A stretch of DNA of 64,000 bases. It comes from Candidatus Eiseniibacteriota bacterium (GTDB lineage Bacteria; Eisenbacteria; RBG-16-71-46). The notes under the pieces are model-generated. The model did no database searches and was not told the origin of the DNA. It was given only the letters and a program-made list of their open reading frames with translations. Shown in pieces: positions 62,401 to 64,000 of this stretch. A program made the position numbers and the translations under genes. The first letter of the stretch is position 1; each line of letters starts with the position of its first letter. The stretch covers positions 1 to 64,000 of the forward strand of contig JBBRLX010000022.1 of the NCBI GenBank assembly GCA_038231135.1. Direction: 5' to 3'.

Positions 62401-64000
62401 CGCCGATCCCGACGGCCAGCCGATCCAGTCGTTCATCGCCGACATGTCCGGCCTGCCGGCCGGCAACAACGCGACGTTCACGCCGAACGGCGCCAACTCC
62501 TCCGGCACGTTCAGCTGGACGCCGACGCAGAACGATTCGCGCGGCGCGGCGTACAACGTCACGTTCTTCGCGACCAACGCCGGCGGCGGCGGCCAGACCA
62601 CCGTGCCGGTCATCGTGTCGAACGTTGACCGCGCCCCGACCGTCACCGCCCCCGCGGCCGTGTCGGTGACCGAGACCCAGCAGATCACGGTCACGGTGTC
62701 GGCCGCGGATCTCGACGGCGACGCGATCGCGTCGTTCACCGCCGACCTGTCGGCCCTGCCGGTCGGCAGCAACGCCCAGTTCGTCACGAATGCCGCGAAG
62801 ACCTCGGGCACGCTGACCTGGATGCCCACGGTCAACGACGGCCCGACGAGCTATCCCGTTACGTTCACGGCCAGCAACGCGCTGAGCGGGAGCTCGACCA
62901 CCAGCATCACGGTGAACGAGCTCGATCAGGCGCCGCTCGTGGGCGCTCCGAACAATGTCACCCTGAACGAGGGCGACGTGCTGTCGCTCCCGATCAGCGC
63001 CGCGGATCCCGACGGTCAGGCGATCACGTCGCTGACGGCGAACCTGTCGCAGCTCCCCGCCGGCAACAATGCCGTGTTCACGCCCAGCGGCGGGAACACC
63101 GGCGGCACGCTGACCTGGACGCCGACGTTCGCGGACTCCGGCACCTATGCGGTGACGTTCACGGCTTCGAACACGCTGAGCGGAAACGCCACCACGGTGA
63201 TCCACGTGCTCGACCAGAATCGTCCGCCGGTCGTGACGGCGCCGGCGACGATCAGCATCAATGAAGGCGCAGTGGTCACCGTGAACATCACGGCGGCCGA
63301 TCCGGAGGCGGAGGCGATCACGTCGCTGACCGCGAACCTCACGGGACTGCCTGCCGGCAACAACGCGGTGTTCACTCCCAACGGCACGAATACCGGCGGC
63401 ACCTTGACCTGGACGCCGACATTCACGGATGCCGGTACCTACCCGGTGACGTTTACCGCGAGCAACAACCAGACGGGCACTGCCACCACTTCGATCCAGA
63501 TCGTGAACGTCGATCGTGCGCCGGTCATCACGGCGCCGGCCTCGGTGAACGTCGGCGAGAATCAGCCGGCCACGATCGCCATCACGGTGGCGGATCCGGA
63601 CGGCGACGCGATCACGTCGCTGACCGCGAACCTTGCCGGACTGCCCGCGGGCAACAACGCTGTGTTCACGCCCAACGCCACCAAGACCGGCGGCACGCTG
63701 ACGTGGACGCCGCTGACCAACGACGGCGCCAACAGCCCCTACACCGTGAACTTCCTGGCCTCGAACGCGCTGAATGGCAGCGCGTCCACCTCGATCATCG
63801 TCGACCGGCGCCCGGTCGTGAACGTGGGCCCGAGCTTCTCGGTGAACGAAGGCCAGCAGGTGTCGATCCCGGTGACGGCGAGCGACCCCGACGGCCAGGC
63901 GATCACCACGCTCACTGCCAGCTTCGCGAACCTGCCGGTCGGCCACAACGCCGTATTCACCCCGAACGGCACGAACACCGGCGGTACGTTTACCTGGACG
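59426..64000 (+). CDS. Giant surface protein (partial): beta-helix, PKD domains, CBM-like domain, cadherin/Ig-like repeats
   Basis: Frame appears open from ATG 59426 to the window end (missed by the ORF track because it has no stop); signal peptide ending NAFA, PYKTIQAAV, Asn/Gly helix repeats, SPAIDA..DIGPYEY, YDFGDG and FDFGDG PKD motifs. Confidence 0.88.
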   Translation, partial: MLLSSGFLEKVSRIATFKRRTRLRNGLIAWTTALLFASTSNAFAATFFVDAANPNANDAGPGSASIPYKTIQAAVTGHATAGNTITVNPSVYREQVTFPNAGSSGSRIVLIASGPGVVISGSDDFSFANKWVNIGGNVYLASSVNWVPGQVFVDGARMTASAVSPVSIPTNSYRFVSGIGLYANVGGGNPGFHTMDVGHRASGVVIGHSYITLDGVKVTKTDDKAISVPAGSTGIIVQNCTMNFANKFGIQVSGCTSVSILKNNVSDNADHGIFVTDSSSACIVRGNESYRNLRPSARAANGININTSPSCTVESNNCHDNQDSGIQFYNGSNNGISRNNVSWNNGDHGYDHLQSTGVKHSNDMAYNNFKDGFSIEGSSSGCSLFNCIAVDNGLNSSEVDLWVDAASMVGFTSDYNIFWNTVVNSDLVKIDVNRYQTLTAYKSANSGKDTHSKQLDPLWIFPSTANFHLTSGSPAIDAASASATSWSATDADGLARADDPLTSNTGTGSPAYSDIGPYEYRPAGLKPVASLKLTPSNGTTPLNVLADGSLSNDPDGTIAAYRYDFGDGFTAGPTLSPTLSHVYNTSGTFTGKLTVVDNLGQTTVATAKDTIIQGDRPPVVNLNPPTASVDEGQVVQVVVTASDPDGQPITSLTADLSQLPPGNNATFVPNGSNTSGTFTWTPAAGMMAEFPYSVPFTASNALSTINTAAITVTKANVLPTAALNVTPRSGNSPLSVTADASGSTDSDGSIVSYKFDFGDGTLVGPQASPTATHSYAVGNWNASVIVTDDRGGASISNAVSVQALGIGANLAPNPGFETNTANWGPTPSTGSTADTLTRVAGGQPTGGFSARLKSAATSTVLFGINDSGNIVSDTGPNGTTFHYEAWVRSDASHGSAKIRLREFTSGNASLGSTLSNAVTLSTTWQKLSIDYTPLGANSTVDFNVMDQPAVAGESFNVDNVVVQQLAVSNPIVTGPSSASGPEASPISFTVTAADPDGQPIQSFIADMSGLPAGNNATFTPNGANSSGTFSWTPTQNDSRGAAYNVTFFATNAGGGGQTTVPVIVSNVDRAPTVTAPAAVSVTETQQITVTVSAADLDGDAIASFTADLSALPVGSNAQFVTNAAKTSGTLTWMPTVNDGPTSYPVTFTASNALSGSSTTSITVNELDQAPLVGAPNNVTLNEGDVLSLPISAADPDGQAITSLTANLSQLPAGNNAVFTPSGGNTGGTLTWTPTFADSGTYAVTFTASNTLSGNATTVIHVLDQNRPPVVTAPATISINEGAVVTVNITAADPEAEAITSLTANLTGLPAGNNAVFTPNGTNTGGTLTWTPTFTDAGTYPVTFTASNNQTGTATTSIQIVNVDRAPVITAPASVNVGENQPATIAITVADPDGDAITSLTANLAGLPAGNNAVFTPNATKTGGTLTWTPLTNDGANSPYTVNFLASNALNGSASTSIIVDRRPVVNVGPSFSVNEGQQVSIPVTASDPDGQAITTLTASFANLPVGHNAVFTPNGTNTGGTFTWT
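61265..64000 (+). repeat. At least 7 copies of a roughly 95-100 aa Ig/cadherin-like repeat
   Basis: Recurring ADPDG.AITSLTA.L..LPAGNNA.F.PNG..TGGTLTWTP; units start near 61265, 62330, 62625, 62925, 63215, 63510, 63800. Confidence 0.85.

Noticed and set aside
61265..64000. Repeats as a CRISPR array or DGR
   Set aside because: They are in-frame ~290-bp coding repeats with synonymous variation; no spacers, cas or reverse transcriptase genes.

Overview
High-GC (roughly 70%, judged by eye), diderm bacterial chromosomal DNA. The envelope gene style (FlgD/T9SS-like C-terminal domains, a PorV/FadL-like barrel, a C-terminal 'SFGQIKAKW' tail, many D-S/T motifs) suggests an FCB-related candidate lineage such as Ca. 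Eisenbacteria; this is inference only. The first ~2.5 kb is a decayed accessory edge: an IS21 right end inserted into an IS1380 transposase, which sits at a CTAG site inside a lower-GC gene, followed by a tyrosine-integrase remnant and an orphan gene. The rest is core and envelope genes: outer-membrane barrels (one frameshifted at a CG repeat), an nth-sppA-membrane/TPR operon, a TonB receptor coupled to a secreted CTD protein, and a NarL-type two-component pair opposite an apparently inactive alpha/beta-hydrolase. Also present are pepD, an SbcD/SbcC(YhaO/YhaN)-like pair, an ECF sigma/anti-sigma pair with twin divergent promoters, msrA/yyaL/dsbD/mprF-like genes, mgtE, an aspartyl protease-PDZ protein, and an Eis-GNAT/thioesterase/Tat-subunit/amidase/nucleotidyltransferase operon. 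The right part holds a Tat nitroreductase, an HMA protein, a 1461-aa secreted protein, a P1B ATPase, arginase, and the 5' part of a giant repeat surface protein that runs off the window. No rRNA, tRNA or CRISPR array was seen. Best leads: a possible T9SS-like surface-sorting toolkit including a barrel-fused SppA, the pseudo-hydrolase/two-component module, and a Tat piggyback amidase. All family calls come from motif recognition, not database searches.
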